Shown here piece by piece: positions 18,155 through 28,690 of a stretch of DNA of 64,000 nt; positions within the stretch are counted from its first letter, which is position 1; every line of letters begins with the position of its first letter. A program made the position numbers and the translations under genes. The stretch is taken from NCBI RefSeq assembly GCF_021151785.1, contig NZ_JAGKWP010000001.1:337-64336 (forward strand), read 5' to 3'. The notes under the pieces are model-generated. The model did no database searches. It was given only the letters and a program-made list of their open reading frames with translations, and was not told the origin of the DNA. Source of the stretch: Flavobacterium sp. GTDB lineage: Bacteria; Bacteroidota; Bacteroidia; Flavobacteriales; Flavobacteriaceae.

Positions 18155-18763
18155 ATGAGAGAAATTATTGAACAAAGTTTAAAAGACAGTTTGTCTTATG
18201 TTGCTTACAGGAAGCTAATTTCTGATTTATTGGCCGAGGGTAAATCTACCGGTATGATACAGAATGAAGACATGAGACATTACTCAGAATTAAATGAAGC
18301 TAGAATGCATCGATTAGATAAAACGATTGAAGTTTTACCAGAAATAGCCACGGCATTGAATAAATTACCAAAAAAATATATTTGGTTAGTATTGTCTGAA
18401 GGATGGTGTGGCGATGCTGCCAATATAGTTCCAGTATTAAATAAAATGGCAGAGATAAGTGCACACATTGAATTAAAAATTGTTTTGCGAGATGATCATG
18501 ATGCATTGATGCAACATTTTTTAACGAATGGGGGTAAAGCTATTCCTAAATTAATTATTTTGGATGCCGAAACACATGAGGTTTTGAGTGACTGGGGACC
18601 TAGGCCTAATGAAGCCAAACAATTAATTTTAGACTATAAAGCTTCTCACGGCGTGGTGGATGAACCAGCTAAAATTGCCCTTCAGAAATGGTATGTGCAA
18701 AATAAAGGAGTAGCTGTTCAAAATGAAGTTGTGAATTTACACGAATATAAAGCTATTTTATAA
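18155..18763 (+). CDS. Thioredoxin-like protein (Bacteroidota WCGD type)
   Basis: SEGWCGDA, TNGGKAIPKLI, WGPRP. Confidence 0.88.
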   Translation: MREIIEQSLKDSLSYVAYRKLISDLLAEGKSTGMIQNEDMRHYSELNEARMHRLDKTIEVLPEIATALNKLPKKYIWLVLSEGWCGDAANIVPVLNKMAEISAHIELKIVLRDDHDALMQHFLTNGGKAIPKLIILDAETHEVLSDWGPRPNEAKQLILDYKASHGVVDEPAKIALQKWYVQNKGVAVQNEVVNLHEYKAIL

Positions 18764-19385
18764 TCCCAATTATTTTTAATTTATCTGAAGTGGAAATTCC
18801 TCCAGGATTGCATCCCAACTTTCCTTCAGGGATTTCCATTTTTAAATTAGAGTAATAATCAACCCAAACTTGAAAAAAGACTTTGGTTTTAGGAGATTTA
18901 AACGTCATTGGTAATAATTCAAAAAAAGGTTTTCCATAGGCGTTTAAGAAAGCATCATATAAAAGCTCGGAACAATAATATTTTCCATTGTCATACAAGT
19001 AAGCATCATCATATGGCATTCCAATTTGTGTCAAAGAAAAAGAAATTGCTTTTGGAATATATTTTCTATATTTTCTTTTTAGTCGACCAATATACATGGG
19101 TGCTTTAGTATATGTTTGAAAAGTTTGTAGAGGAGTTAGCCGAACAGCATTACCAGAGGCCTCAATCACAAAGGTGCTGTCGTTTTTAATATACACCAAA
19201 CCTATATGGCTAAAATCTTTTCCTTGGTAACCTTCAGTTACTTCATTGATGGCTTCACATAATGGACCGCAATCCATAGATTGAAAAATTAAATCTCCCG
19301 TTTTAAGTGATACATTTTGAGCTTGAGTCAAAGAGCTTATAACAACAATAAAAATAAAGTATTTAAGCCTCCAATTGTTTTTCAA
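18753..19385 (-). CDS. Permuted NlpC/P60 (YiiX/YebB-like) enzyme; start uncertain (TTG 19385)
   Basis: GDLIFQ, FSHIGLV, YYCSEL. Confidence 0.85.
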   Translation of the reverse strand: MKNNWRLKYFIFIVVISSLTQAQNVSLKTGDLIFQSMDCGPLCEAINEVTEGYQGKDFSHIGLVYIKNDSTFVIEASGNAVRLTPLQTFQTYTKAPMYIGRLKRKYRKYIPKAISFSLTQIGMPYDDAYLYDNGKYYCSELLYDAFLNAYGKPFFELLPMTFKSPKTKVFFQVWVDYYSNLKMEIPEGKLGCNPGGISTSDKLKIIGIIK

Positions 19386-20055
19386 ATTCTTCAGGAGTAA
19401 CTCCATTATCCACGTCATATTTTCCAATTTTTGTTCGTCTTAATGCTGTTAGATGTCCGCCAGATTGCAAAGCTTTACCAAAATCATAAGCCAAAGATCG
19501 GATATAAGTTCCTTTGCTACAAACCACTCTAAAGTTTATTTCAGGTAGTGCAATTTTTGTAATTTCAAATTCATGAATACTTACTTTTCTTGCGCTAATT
19601 TCTACTGCTTCTCCAGCTCGGGCATGTTCATATAATCGTTTTCCGTCTTTTTTTATTGCTGAGAAAACAGGGGGGAACTGTTCAATTTCACCTAAAAATT
19701 GTTTTGCAGTTTCTAAAATTAATTGGTCTGTAATGTGTGCTGTTGAGAAGGTAGCGTCGATTTCAGTTTCTAAATCATAGGAAGGTGTGGTAGCCCCTAC
19801 AGTTATGGTACCAGTATATTCCTTTTCCATACCCATTAATTCAGTAATTTTTTTAGTGAATTTACCCGTACAAACGATTAGTAAACCTGTAGCTAGTGGA
19901 TCTAATGTGCCTGCATGCCCAATTTTAAATTTTTTGGGCAAGTTGAACTTTCTTTTTAAACTATATTTGAGTTTGTTTACGGCTTGAAATGAAGACCATG
20001 TTAAAGGTTTGTCAATCAACAAGATTTTTCCGTTTAAAACATCTTCTGCCTTCAT
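19363..20055 (-). CDS. truB: tRNA pseudouridine(55) synthase
   Basis: KIGHAGTLDPLATG, CSKGTYIRSL. Confidence 0.96.
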   Translation of the reverse strand: MKAEDVLNGKILLIDKPLTWSSFQAVNKLKYSLKRKFNLPKKFKIGHAGTLDPLATGLLIVCTGKFTKKITELMGMEKEYTGTITVGATTPSYDLETEIDATFSTAHITDQLILETAKQFLGEIEQFPPVFSAIKKDGKRLYEHARAGEAVEISARKVSIHEFEITKIALPEINFRVVCSKGTYIRSLAYDFGKALQSGGHLTALRRTKIGKYDVDNGVTPEEFEKQLEA

Positions 20056-20840
20056 TAGATAATGGTTAATTTTTGAACAAAGAAATGAATAAGTAATATA
20101 GCAATTCCAGCTATAATTCTATAATAACCAAAGATTCTAAATCCATTTTTTTGCAAGAAACCAATAAACGATTTTATAGCGATTAGAGCAACAATAAAAC
20201 CGACAACATTTCCAATGATTAATAAGTTGATTTGGTCTTGAGAAAGTTCAAATCCAGCTTTATAATAATCATATGATTTTTTTACAGTAGCTCCTAGCAT
20301 AGTAGGAATAGCAAGAAAAAAAGAAAATTCTGCTGCTGTTGTTCGAGATAATTTTTGAGTCATTCCACCAACAATACTTGCGCCACTTCGAGAAACACCA
20401 GGAATCATGGCTAAACATTGGAATAAACCAATTTTAAAAGCGGTTAAATAAGAAATTTTAGTTTCTTCGGAATGGCTAAACCACTCGTCTACTTTTAATA
20501 ACAGTACCCCTCCAACAATTAAAGATACGGCCACAGTTATCGGATTTTCCAATAAACTGTCAATAGCATCGCTAAACAACAAACCAAAAATGACAGCTGG
20601 AATAAAACCAACAAACAATTTGAGATAAAAGTCAATACTTTGAAAAAAGCGTTTAAAATACAATACCACTACAGATAAAATGGTACCTAATTGAATGACT
20701 ATGGTAAAAAGTTTAGTGAAATCATCTTGTGCAATTCCAAAAAAGGAAGAGACAATAATCATATGTCCAGTTGAAGAAACGGGTAAAAATTCCGTGATTC
20801 CCTCAATTATCGCTAGTATAATAGCTTCTAGTGTATTCAT
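20055..20840 (-). CDS. uppP: Undecaprenyl-diphosphate phosphatase
   Basis: [21 protein letters not shown]. Confidence 0.96.
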   Translation of the reverse strand: MNTLEAIILAIIEGITEFLPVSSTGHMIIVSSFFGIAQDDFTKLFTIVIQLGTILSVVVLYFKRFFQSIDFYLKLFVGFIPAVIFGLLFSDAIDSLLENPITVAVSLIVGGVLLLKVDEWFSHSEETKISYLTAFKIGLFQCLAMIPGVSRSGASIVGGMTQKLSRTTAAEFSFFLAIPTMLGATVKKSYDYYKAGFELSQDQINLLIIGNVVGFIVALIAIKSFIGFLQKNGFRIFGYYRIIAGIAILLIHFFVQKLTII

Positions 20841-20846
20841 AAAAGA

Positions 20847-21083
20847 TTATTTCTTCGGATTTTTTAAAATCGAATATATTGTTATTCCAAAACCAATTAA
20901 AACTAAAGTGGGAGCCAAACGAATACGTCTGAAACTGAAAACCGCTTCATTAAATTCATTAGGATTTTCATTAGCTCCACCACTCATTAAAATAAATCCT
21001 AGGGCAATTACAGCTAATCCAATCAATAGTATTTTATAATTGACTTTTTCAAAAAGAAATTCTGGTTTGTTATTATTTTCCAT
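20847..21083 (-). CDS. Small membrane protein (DUF3098-like)
   Basis: Two TM segments, FSFRRIRLAP; position between ftsX and uppP. Confidence 0.8.
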   Translation of the reverse strand: MENNNKPEFLFEKVNYKILLIGLAVIALGFILMSGGANENPNEFNEAVFSFRRIRLAPTLVLIGFGITIYSILKNPKK

Positions 21084-21117
21084 TTTGTATATTTTTTAAT
21101 CTTCGGAGAACCAAATG

Positions 21118-21993
21118 TTAATAAAGATCGTCAGTTCTTAAATTCAAGAATCGAGTAGTCGCAAAATAAGTGCTAATCCAAGTGATAATCGTTCCTACAA
21201 TCAATACACCTGCTGCTACCATAACAAAAGAAGTAACATCTTTTGCAATTCCTAATGTTGGGAATAATCCATCTACGTATAACCAAACAAAAACCAATCC
21301 AATAATTGCTAATAAGGAACCAATTAGTCCTAAAATGATGCTTCTAATAATGAATGGTTTTCTAATAAAAGACTTTGTAGCTCCCACCATCTGCATGGTT
21401 TTGATTGTAAATCGTTGAGAGTAAATCGAAATTCGAATAGAACTATTAATTAATAACATGGCAATAACTGCCAAAATTCCACTTATAATCAAAATCCAAA
21501 AACTAATTTTAGTAACATTTTCATTTACTAAATCTACCAATTCTTTTGGATAAATTACATCTGAAATTAACGGGTTTCGTTTAATTTCCATTTCAATTTT
21601 ACGAATTTCAGCACTCGTAACATAGTCGGCTTTTAAATGGATATCAAATGAATTTTGTAACGGATTGAATCCTAAAAACTCTTTAAAATCTTTGCCAACA
21701 ATGTCTTCATTGTTTTTTGCTGCTTGCTCTTTGTCAACAAATTTATAACTACGAACGTACTTTGCATTTTTTAACTCGGTGTCAAAGGCTTTTAAAAGCG
21801 TATCATTGGCTTCATCTTTAAAATAAACGTTCATCGGAATATTTTCCTTGAAATCATTTGAAATTTTTTCAGAATTGATCACAAAAAGGCCTAAAGCACC
21901 TAACAAGAATAACACTAAAAAAATACTAAAAACAACCGAAAAGTATGAGGAAATCAATCTTCTACGTTGATATTGTTCAAATGATACTGCCAT
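21118..21993 (-). CDS. ftsX: Cell-division permease FtsX
   Basis: Four TM segments, NPL motif, TMQMVGATKSFIRKPF. Confidence 0.92.
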   Translation of the reverse strand: MAVSFEQYQRRRLISSYFSVVFSIFLVLFLLGALGLFVINSEKISNDFKENIPMNVYFKDEANDTLLKAFDTELKNAKYVRSYKFVDKEQAAKNNEDIVGKDFKEFLGFNPLQNSFDIHLKADYVTSAEIRKIEMEIKRNPLISDVIYPKELVDLVNENVTKISFWILIISGILAVIAMLLINSSIRISIYSQRFTIKTMQMVGATKSFIRKPFIIRSIILGLIGSLLAIIGLVFVWLYVDGLFPTLGIAKDVTSFVMVAAGVLIVGTIITWISTYFATTRFLNLRTDDLY

Positions 21994-22083
21994 ATATATA
22001 TAGAATTATGCTGTAAAAATACTAAAGAATTTTTGTTTACATAGAATATAACTACAAAGTTTTAAGTTTAGTGTAATAAAATG

Positions 22084-22091
22084 TATTTTTG
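22084..22091 (+). promoter_or_regulatory. -7 promoter element for leuS
   Basis: TATTTTTG-CA. Confidence 0.55.
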
Positions 22092-22171
22092 CAGGGAAAA
22101 ATAGTAATTAGTCGCAGTTGCAGTTATCAGTTGTTCAAATTGATACAAAAACGGAGATTGAAAATTGAAAT

Positions 22172-25141
22172 ATGAAATACTTCCACAACGAAATCGAAGC
22201 CAAATGGCAACAATATTGGGCCGAAAACGGTACTTTTAAAGCATCAAATAATAGTGATAAACCTAAATATTATGTATTAGATATGTTTCCTTATCCATCT
22301 GGAGCTGGGTTACATGTAGGACATCCGCTGGGTTATATTGCTTCTGATATTGTGGCACGATTTAAAAGACATCAAGGTTTTAATGTGTTACACCCACAAG
22401 GGTACGATTCATTTGGTTTGCCAGCTGAACAGTATGCAATTCAGACTGGTCAACATCCAGAAAAAACAACTCGTGAAAACATTGCGCGCTACCGTGAACA
22501 ATTAGATAAAATTGGTTTTTCGTTTGATTGGAGTCGTGAAGTACGTACTTCTAATCCGGATTATTATAAACATACACAATGGATTTTCATTCAGTTATTC
22601 GAGTCTTGGTACAATAACGATACGAACCAGGCAGAAGCGATTGCAACGTTAATCGGAAAATTTGAAAAAGAAGGAAATGTTAATGTTAATGCGGTTTGTG
22701 ATGAGAATATCGTTTCTTTTACGGCAGCTGAATGGAATTCTTTTTCTTCAGAACAACAACAAAAAATTCTATTACAATACAGATTAACCTATTTGGCGGA
22801 AACCGAAGTAAACTGGTGTCCGGCTTTAGGAACGGTTCTAGCTAATGACGAAATCGTAAACGGCGTTTCGGAACGTGGCGGGCATCCGGTAATTCGTAAA
22901 AAAATGACGCAATGGTCGATGCGTATTTCGGCGTATGCAGAACGTTTGTTACAAGGTTTAGAAACGATTGACTGGACTGAATCATTGAAAGAATCACAAC
23001 GTAATTGGATTGGAAAATCAGTTGGAGCAATGGTTTCGTTTAATGTAAATAATCACGATGCTAAAATTGATGTATTTACAACAAGACCTGATACGATTTT
23101 TGGAGTAACGTTTATGACGCTAGCACCAGAACACGAATTGGTTGCGAAAATCACAACTCCTGAACAAAAAGCAGCGGTAGACGCTTATGTTGAAGCTACT
23201 GCAAAACGTTCGGAAAGGGAAAGAATGGCAGATGTTAAAACGATTTCAGGTGTTTTCACTGGCGCGTATGCAGAACATCCGTTTACCAAAGAACCCATTC
23301 CAGTTTGGATTGGCGATTATGTATTAGCCGGTTACGGAACGGGTGCGGTTATGGCGGTTCCATGTGGTGATGAGCGTGATTATGCTTTCGCAAATTTCTT
23401 CAAAGGAACACACGGCATGCCCGAAATTAAAAATATTTTCAATCAAGATATTTCAGAAGCCGCTTACGGTGAAAAAGGTGGTTTTGAATTAGTAGATTCC
23501 GATTTCTTAAACGGACTAGATTATAAATCGGGAACTAAGAAAGTTATTGAGGAATTAGAAAAAATTGGTACTGGAAAAGCAAAAGTAAATTACCGTTTAC
23601 GTGATGCGGTTTTCTCTCGCCAAAGATATTGGGGCGAACCATTCCCAGTATATTATGTGAATGGTTTACCACAAATGATTGATAAAAAACACTTACCAAT
23701 AGTACTTCCAGAAGTTGAAAAATACTTACCAACGGAAGATGGGCAACCACCATTAGGAAATGCAACCGTTTGGGCTTGGGATACCGAGAAAAATACAGTA
23801 GTAAGCAATGATTTGATTGATAATGTAACTGTATTTCCATTAGAGTTAAACACCATGCCGGGTTGGGCAGGTTCGTCTTGGTACTGGATGCGATACATGG
23901 ATGCCCAAAATGAAAACGAATTTGCTAGTGAAGAAGCACTAAAATATTGGGAAAATGTAGATTTATACATTGGAGGAAGCGAGCATGCTACCGGACATTT
24001 ATTGTACGCTCGTTTTTGGAACAAATTCTTAAAAGATAGAGGTTTTGCACCAACCGAAGAACCATTCAAAAAGTTGATTAATCAAGGAATGATTTTGGGA
24101 ATGAGTGCTTTTATATATAGATGGGAATATATAGTAAATTCTGAGGATAAAAAGAAAAAAGTTATTTTTTTTAGTAAAAACATAATTGATAAAGCGGTTA
24201 AAGAAAAAGCATTTATAACAGATTCTAATCAACAATCAAAAGATGTTTTAGAAAGTTTGGTAAAAACATATGGTAGAATTAAACAGTCTGAAGCAAATTG
24301 GAATAACTTTACTCCAATCCACGTTGATTTATTTTGTATCAATGATATCACTAACGAATTAGACATTGAAAAATTCAAGGCGCATCCTTTATATTTGGAT
24401 TATGCTAACGCGGAATTTATTTTGGAAGATGGTAAATACATTGTAGGTCGCGAAGTAGAAAAAATGTCGAAATCGAAATACAACGTAGTCAATCCTGATG
24501 ATATTTGTAACGAATATGGTGCGGATACGTTGCGTTTATACGAAATGTTCTTGGGTCCGTTAGAACAAGCGAAACCTTGGAACACGGCTGGTATTACAGG
24601 CGTTTATGGTTTCTTGAAAAAATTATGGCGTTTGTATTTCGACGATAATGGGTTGAACATCACCAATGACGAACCAACGGCAGATATGTACAAATCGCTA
24701 CACAAAACCATTAAAAAAGTAACCGAAGACATCGAGAATTTCTCGTTTAATACGTCGGTTTCGCAATTCATGATTTGTGTAAATGAATTATCGCAACAAA
24801 AATGTCATCATAGAGCCATCTTAGAACCTTTAGCGGTTTTAGTTTCGCCTTATGCGCCACATATCGCGGAAGAATTGTGGTGTGCATTAGGTCACGAAGG
24901 TTCTATTGCCACAGTAGCTTTCCCTAAATTTGAAGAAAAATATTTAGTAGAAAGTGAAAAAGAATATCCGGTTTCATTCAACGGAAAAATGCGTTTCACT
25001 ATTAAGTTGCCGTTAGATTTAACCGCAGCACAAATTGAAGAAATCGTTATGGCCGATGAGCGTACACAAAACCAGTTACAAGGTAGAACACCAAATAAAG
25101 TGATTATCGTTCCAGGAAAGATTATTAATTTGGTGGGATAG
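22172..25141 (+). CDS. leuS: Leucine--tRNA ligase
   Basis: MFPYPSGAGLHVGH, GTGAVMAVP, KMSKS. Confidence 0.97.
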   Translation: MKYFHNEIEAKWQQYWAENGTFKASNNSDKPKYYVLDMFPYPSGAGLHVGHPLGYIASDIVARFKRHQGFNVLHPQGYDSFGLPAEQYAIQTGQHPEKTTRENIARYREQLDKIGFSFDWSREVRTSNPDYYKHTQWIFIQLFESWYNNDTNQAEAIATLIGKFEKEGNVNVNAVCDENIVSFTAAEWNSFSSEQQQKILLQYRLTYLAETEVNWCPALGTVLANDEIVNGVSERGGHPVIRKKMTQWSMRISAYAERLLQGLETIDWTESLKESQRNWIGKSVGAMVSFNVNNHDAKIDVFTTRPDTIFGVTFMTLAPEHELVAKITTPEQKAAVDAYVEATAKRSERERMADVKTISGVFTGAYAEHPFTKEPIPVWIGDYVLAGYGTGAVMAVPCGDERDYAFANFFKGTHGMPEIKNIFNQDISEAAYGEKGGFELVDSDFLNGLDYKSGTKKVIEELEKIGTGKAKVNYRLRDAVFSRQRYWGEPFPVYYVNGLPQMIDKKHLPIVLPEVEKYLPTEDGQPPLGNATVWAWDTEKNTVVSNDLIDNVTVFPLELNTMPGWAGSSWYWMRYMDAQNENEFASEEALKYWENVDLYIGGSEHATGHLLYARFWNKFLKDRGFAPTEEPFKKLINQGMILGMSAFIYRWEYIVNSEDKKKKVIFFSKNIIDKAVKEKAFITDSNQQSKDVLESLVKTYGRIKQSEANWNNFTPIHVDLFCINDITNELDIEKFKAHPLYLDYANAEFILEDGKYIVGREVEKMSKSKYNVVNPDDICNEYGADTLRLYEMFLGPLEQAKPWNTAGITGVYGFLKKLWRLYFDDNGLNITNDEPTADMYKSLHKTIKKVTEDIENFSFNTSVSQFMICVNELSQQKCHHRAILEPLAVLVSPYAPHIAEELWCALGHEGSIATVAFPKFEEKYLVESEKEYPVSFNGKMRFTIKLPLDLTAAQIEEIVMADERTQNQLQGRTPNKVIIVPGKIINLVG

Positions 25142-25168
25142 TTATTGATCTATTTTGAAAAATTAGAG

Positions 25169-25249
25169 AGACTGCCTTAAAAGTCTAATTTTGTCAAGCG
25201 GAGTTTATATAAATTTGCAATGACAATATGAGGATTTTTTAGGCAGTCT
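25169..25249. repeat. ~80-bp imperfect inverted repeat after leuS (terminator or REP/MITE-like)
   Basis: AGACTGCCTTAAAAGTCT...TTGTCA // TGACAA...GGATTTTTTAGGCAGTCT. Confidence 0.65.
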
Positions 25250-25283
25250 TTTTTATTTAATTGATTGTTCTAAAGATAATCTG

Positions 25284-25832
25284 TTATTTTTTGGCTTTTT
25301 TCCATGCCGTTTCATATCCTAAAAGAATAGCTGGGTGAACAAATTTTACAAAGTTTAATATTTTGTTACGGTCGGCTTCTTCGGCTTTAAATAAGGAGGG
25401 GAAAACATTAATTTCTGTATTAAACATGCTTGTCAATGAACCTTTTTCTTCAAAAGCGAAAGCATAATTGTTCATTAAGTATCGCGTTCTTCTTTTTACA
25501 ATGTAGAATCTTTCCATTTTATTTAAATCAATGGTTTCTGATTTGTGAAAAATTTTTCCAGTAGTTGTTTTATTGTAGAAATTTATTGTATTTCCATCAC
25601 TTTCTACAACAAGCATAATTTCTTTATTTGTTACATATGTGTATAGTTTTGAGAGGAAAAGAATTTCGCCACTCACTAGCAATAAACCTATGATTAGTAT
25701 CCACCATGAGAATCCGTCTTTAAAAAGAAAACCACCAAAACTTATGATTCCAAAACCACAAAAAAGAGCAGCTATAATGCATAAGATAAATTTTAATTTT
25801 CTTTTTACTAATATGATTTCTAATGTTTCCAT
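25284..25832 (-). CDS. Hypothetical membrane protein (2 TM plus soluble domain)
   Basis: 182-aa ORF with two N-terminal hydrophobic helices. Confidence 0.75.
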   Translation of the reverse strand: METLEIILVKRKLKFILCIIAALFCGFGIISFGGFLFKDGFSWWILIIGLLLVSGEILFLSKLYTYVTNKEIMLVVESDGNTINFYNKTTTGKIFHKSETIDLNKMERFYIVKRRTRYLMNNYAFAFEEKGSLTSMFNTEINVFPSLFKAEEADRNKILNFVKFVHPAILLGYETAWKKAKK

Positions 25833-25854
25833 AAGGGTTAGTACGTTATGTTAA

Positions 25855-26121
25855 TTAAAAGCGACCGGTTGCAATGTAGAAAAGTATCCAACCTAAACAA
25901 CCAATCGCCAATCTCCAAATTAATTTCTTCAATAGTTGATGAGAATATAACTTTCCTCTTTCTAAATACTCATCTGTATTGTCATTTGATGTTCCTACTT
26001 TTTTAGAAATTTTAGTACCTGCAACAGCACTAAGTGATAGTACATAGAGAATGGCTACCCAAGCAGCATTAGCAAATCCTATAAGCATTAATATCATTCC
26101 GATGATTGATAGTGTATCCAT
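25855..26121 (-). CDS. Small hypothetical membrane protein
   Basis: 88 aa, hydrophobic at both ends. Confidence 0.7.
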   Translation of the reverse strand: MDTLSIIGMILMLIGFANAAWVAILYVLSLSAVAGTKISKKVGTSNDNTDEYLERGKLYSHQLLKKLIWRLAIGCLGWILFYIATGRF

Positions 26122-26176
26122 TTTATTTTTTTAGTATGGTGATTTATTTACTCCTATTTTTTTGTAGAAAGACAAG

Positions 26177-26725
26177 TTATTTTGACACAGTAGCTTTAGC
26201 TGCTTCATACATTACTTTGATGTCTTCGTCACTATATTTTGTAAACTTATCAGGGGATTTGTCATAAGACATTCCTTCTGTAATTGTGATTGCTTTATCT
26301 CCTGATTTTACACCATAAAAGAAACTTAGTCCTGATTCACTTCTTTTCAGAAAACCATTTTGCTCATCTGATTCGAATTTTTTAAATCCTGGACTTAACT
26401 CAGAGTCACTAGCTAATATTTTAAGGTCAGCTATTTTTTCTGCAATGCTATTGTATTTTTCATCTTCATTAAAAGGATTAGAAAAATCTTCTTTGATGAA
26501 TGTAATTTTAAAATATTTGCCACCATAAACTACAATGTTGTTTCCGTCCTGAATAATTTTAGCTCCCTTTGGGGCTTTTGTTATTACATTTATTCCTTTA
26601 CTACTTAAATCAAAATCAATTAAATCTGATGTTTTGTAATGGATATCAATATTGTTGTTTTTTGAAGTTTGAGCTTGAGAAATAGTAAATCCTAATAGTA
26701 GAAATAGTAGATTAATTTTTTTCAT
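26177..26725 (-). CDS. Exported hypothetical protein
   Basis: Signal peptide ending SQA-Q. Confidence 0.8.
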   Translation of the reverse strand: MKKINLLFLLLGFTISQAQTSKNNNIDIHYKTSDLIDFDLSSKGINVITKAPKGAKIIQDGNNIVVYGGKYFKITFIKEDFSNPFNEDEKYNSIAEKIADLKILASDSELSPGFKKFESDEQNGFLKRSESGLSFFYGVKSGDKAITITEGMSYDKSPDKFTKYSDEDIKVMYEAAKATVSK

Positions 26726-27100
26726 TGTGTTTACAGGTTATAAGTTAGTTTGTATTTATTTCATTCAAAACTAGAAGAAGTGTATTAACTAACCAATTTA
26801 TCTATTGGACTATTTATAAAAAATCATAAACTTTAAATTGTATATATACTTGTTTTTCAAAAGGTTATTTTTATTATAAGACTTTTATATGAGCTAAATG
26901 TGAGATAGTGTTTGGCCTTAATTTATGTTGAATTATTGTGCTAGGAACGTGCATTAAAAAATAGTTTTGAATAGTCTTGTTTAGGATATTAGCTAAGAAA
27001 TAAAATATTACTAAATAGGGATTGTGAATAGATTGTAATATTATTTTTAATTAAAATAATAAAAGAGTTAGTTTTGAGTTATAGTAAAAAACATTTAATC

Positions 27101-27874
27101 ATGAGAAAATATTTATTTTTATTTTTAATTTATGCTGGTGTATTACAAGCACAACAATTTCAATTTTTAAGTAAAAATGCAAAAGAATTAACACTAACTG
27201 AATTTCAAGCGTATAAATCTAAAGATTCACTATGGGTCATAGAAAGTTTTTTAGAAAACGGTAAAAAATATAACAAAGTGTTTATCGACTCGATTGTAAA
27301 AACTAAAACTTTTGGGAAGTATAAACAGCATTTTTTTAGAGATACTATTGAGAATACTTTTACTATTGTATTAAGAAAAATGAGTGATGACGAAATTAAG
27401 AAAAGAAATGAGGAGCTAAATGCAAAAGTTGAAGGAGATAAAAAAAATAAAAAAATGATGCTGGGGAAATCTATGCAAAATCTTGTTTTTAAAGACATGG
27501 ATGGTGCAGTTTACACTTCAGAAGAATTAAAAGGAAAAGTAGTTGTTGTGAATTTTTGGTTTACAAAATGCGTCCCGTGCATTAGGGAAATACCCGATTT
27601 AAATGCATTGAAAAAAGAGTTTGGTACAGATCAGGTGCTTTATTTTGCGATAACCTATGATAATAAAGATTTGATTAATGAATTTGTAAAAAAACACCCC
27701 ATTGATTTTACAATAATTCCTGAAGATAAGAATTCAATTAATCAGTTTTTAGTTGGTTTTTATCCCACTAATTTTATACTAGATCAAGCAGGAAAAGTAG
27801 TTTTTGTTAATGACTTTTTTATGCAAAACATGTTTAAAGACATGAGAAAAACAATAAAGAAATGTTTAAATTAG
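27101..27874 (+). CDS. TlpA/ResA-family thiol-disulfide oxidoreductase
   Basis: VNFWFTKCVPCIREIP, YPTNFILD; signal peptide from ATG 27101. Confidence 0.9.
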   Translation: MRKYLFLFLIYAGVLQAQQFQFLSKNAKELTLTEFQAYKSKDSLWVIESFLENGKKYNKVFIDSIVKTKTFGKYKQHFFRDTIENTFTIVLRKMSDDEIKKRNEELNAKVEGDKKNKKMMLGKSMQNLVFKDMDGAVYTSEELKGKVVVVNFWFTKCVPCIREIPDLNALKKEFGTDQVLYFAITYDNKDLINEFVKKHPIDFTIIPEDKNSINQFLVGFYPTNFILDQAGKVVFVNDFFMQNMFKDMRKTIKKCLN

Positions 27875-27880
27875 TAAAAT

Positions 27881-27913
27881 AAAAAAAGCGTTTAAATTTT
27901 AAACGCTTTTTTT
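27881..27913. terminator. Bidirectional terminator
   Basis: AAAAAAAGCGTTTAAA / TTTAAACGCTTTTTTT between convergent genes. Confidence 0.85.
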
Positions 27914-27919
27914 AGAATA

Positions 27920-28678
27920 TTATTTGGTTTTATTAACTTCGGCAACATATTTTTCCAAAGCTCCAGTCATTGATGGTGTTCCAGGAGCAGGAGCCATTAT
28001 ATCAATACGAAGTCCGTGTTCTAAAGCTTCTTTTTTTGTGGTTTCTCCAAAAACAGCTATTCTAGTATTGTTTTGTTGAAAATCAGGAAAGTTCTTAAAC
28101 AATGATTTAATCCCTGTTGGGCTAAAGAAAGCTAAAACGTCATAATAAACATCTTTCAAATCTGATAAATCGCTCATTACTGTTTTGTAGAAAATACCTT
28201 GCTTCCAATCTACTTTTAAACTTTCTAATGTTTGAGGCACATCAGCATTTAATTGATCTGTATTAGGTAACAAGAATTTTTCATCTTTATACTTTTTGAT
28301 TAATGGGGCTAAATCAGCAAATTCTTTTTGACCTACATAAATCTTTCTTTTTCTATATACTACATATTTTTGTAAATAAAAGGCAATAGCCTCTGCTTGA
28401 CAAAAATATTTTAAATCTTCCGGAACTTTATAACGCATTTCCTCTGCTACTCTAAAAAAGTGGTCTACAGAATTTTTGCTAGTAAAAATAATGGCAGTAT
28501 AATTTTTTAAATCGATTTTTTGTGCTCTAATTTCTTTCGCAGGAACGCCTTCCACATGAATAAATGGTCTAAAATCAACTTTAACCTTCCATTTATTTTG
28601 CAGGTCGAAATAAGGGGAGTTTTCCACCTTTGGCTCTGGTTGTGAAACCAAAATAGTTTTCACTTTCAAATTTGACAT
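27920..28678 (-). CDS. hemD: Uroporphyrinogen-III synthase
   Basis: KVKTILVSQPEPK, AFFSPTGIKSL; Bacteroidota HemD pattern. Confidence 0.85.
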   Translation of the reverse strand: MSNLKVKTILVSQPEPKVENSPYFDLQNKWKVKVDFRPFIHVEGVPAKEIRAQKIDLKNYTAIIFTSKNSVDHFFRVAEEMRYKVPEDLKYFCQAEAIAFYLQKYVVYRKRKIYVGQKEFADLAPLIKKYKDEKFLLPNTDQLNADVPQTLESLKVDWKQGIFYKTVMSDLSDLKDVYYDVLAFFSPTGIKSLFKNFPDFQQNNTRIAVFGETTKKEALEHGLRIDIMAPAPGTPSMTGALEKYVAEVNKTK

Positions 28679-28690
28679 ATCTAACAAATA

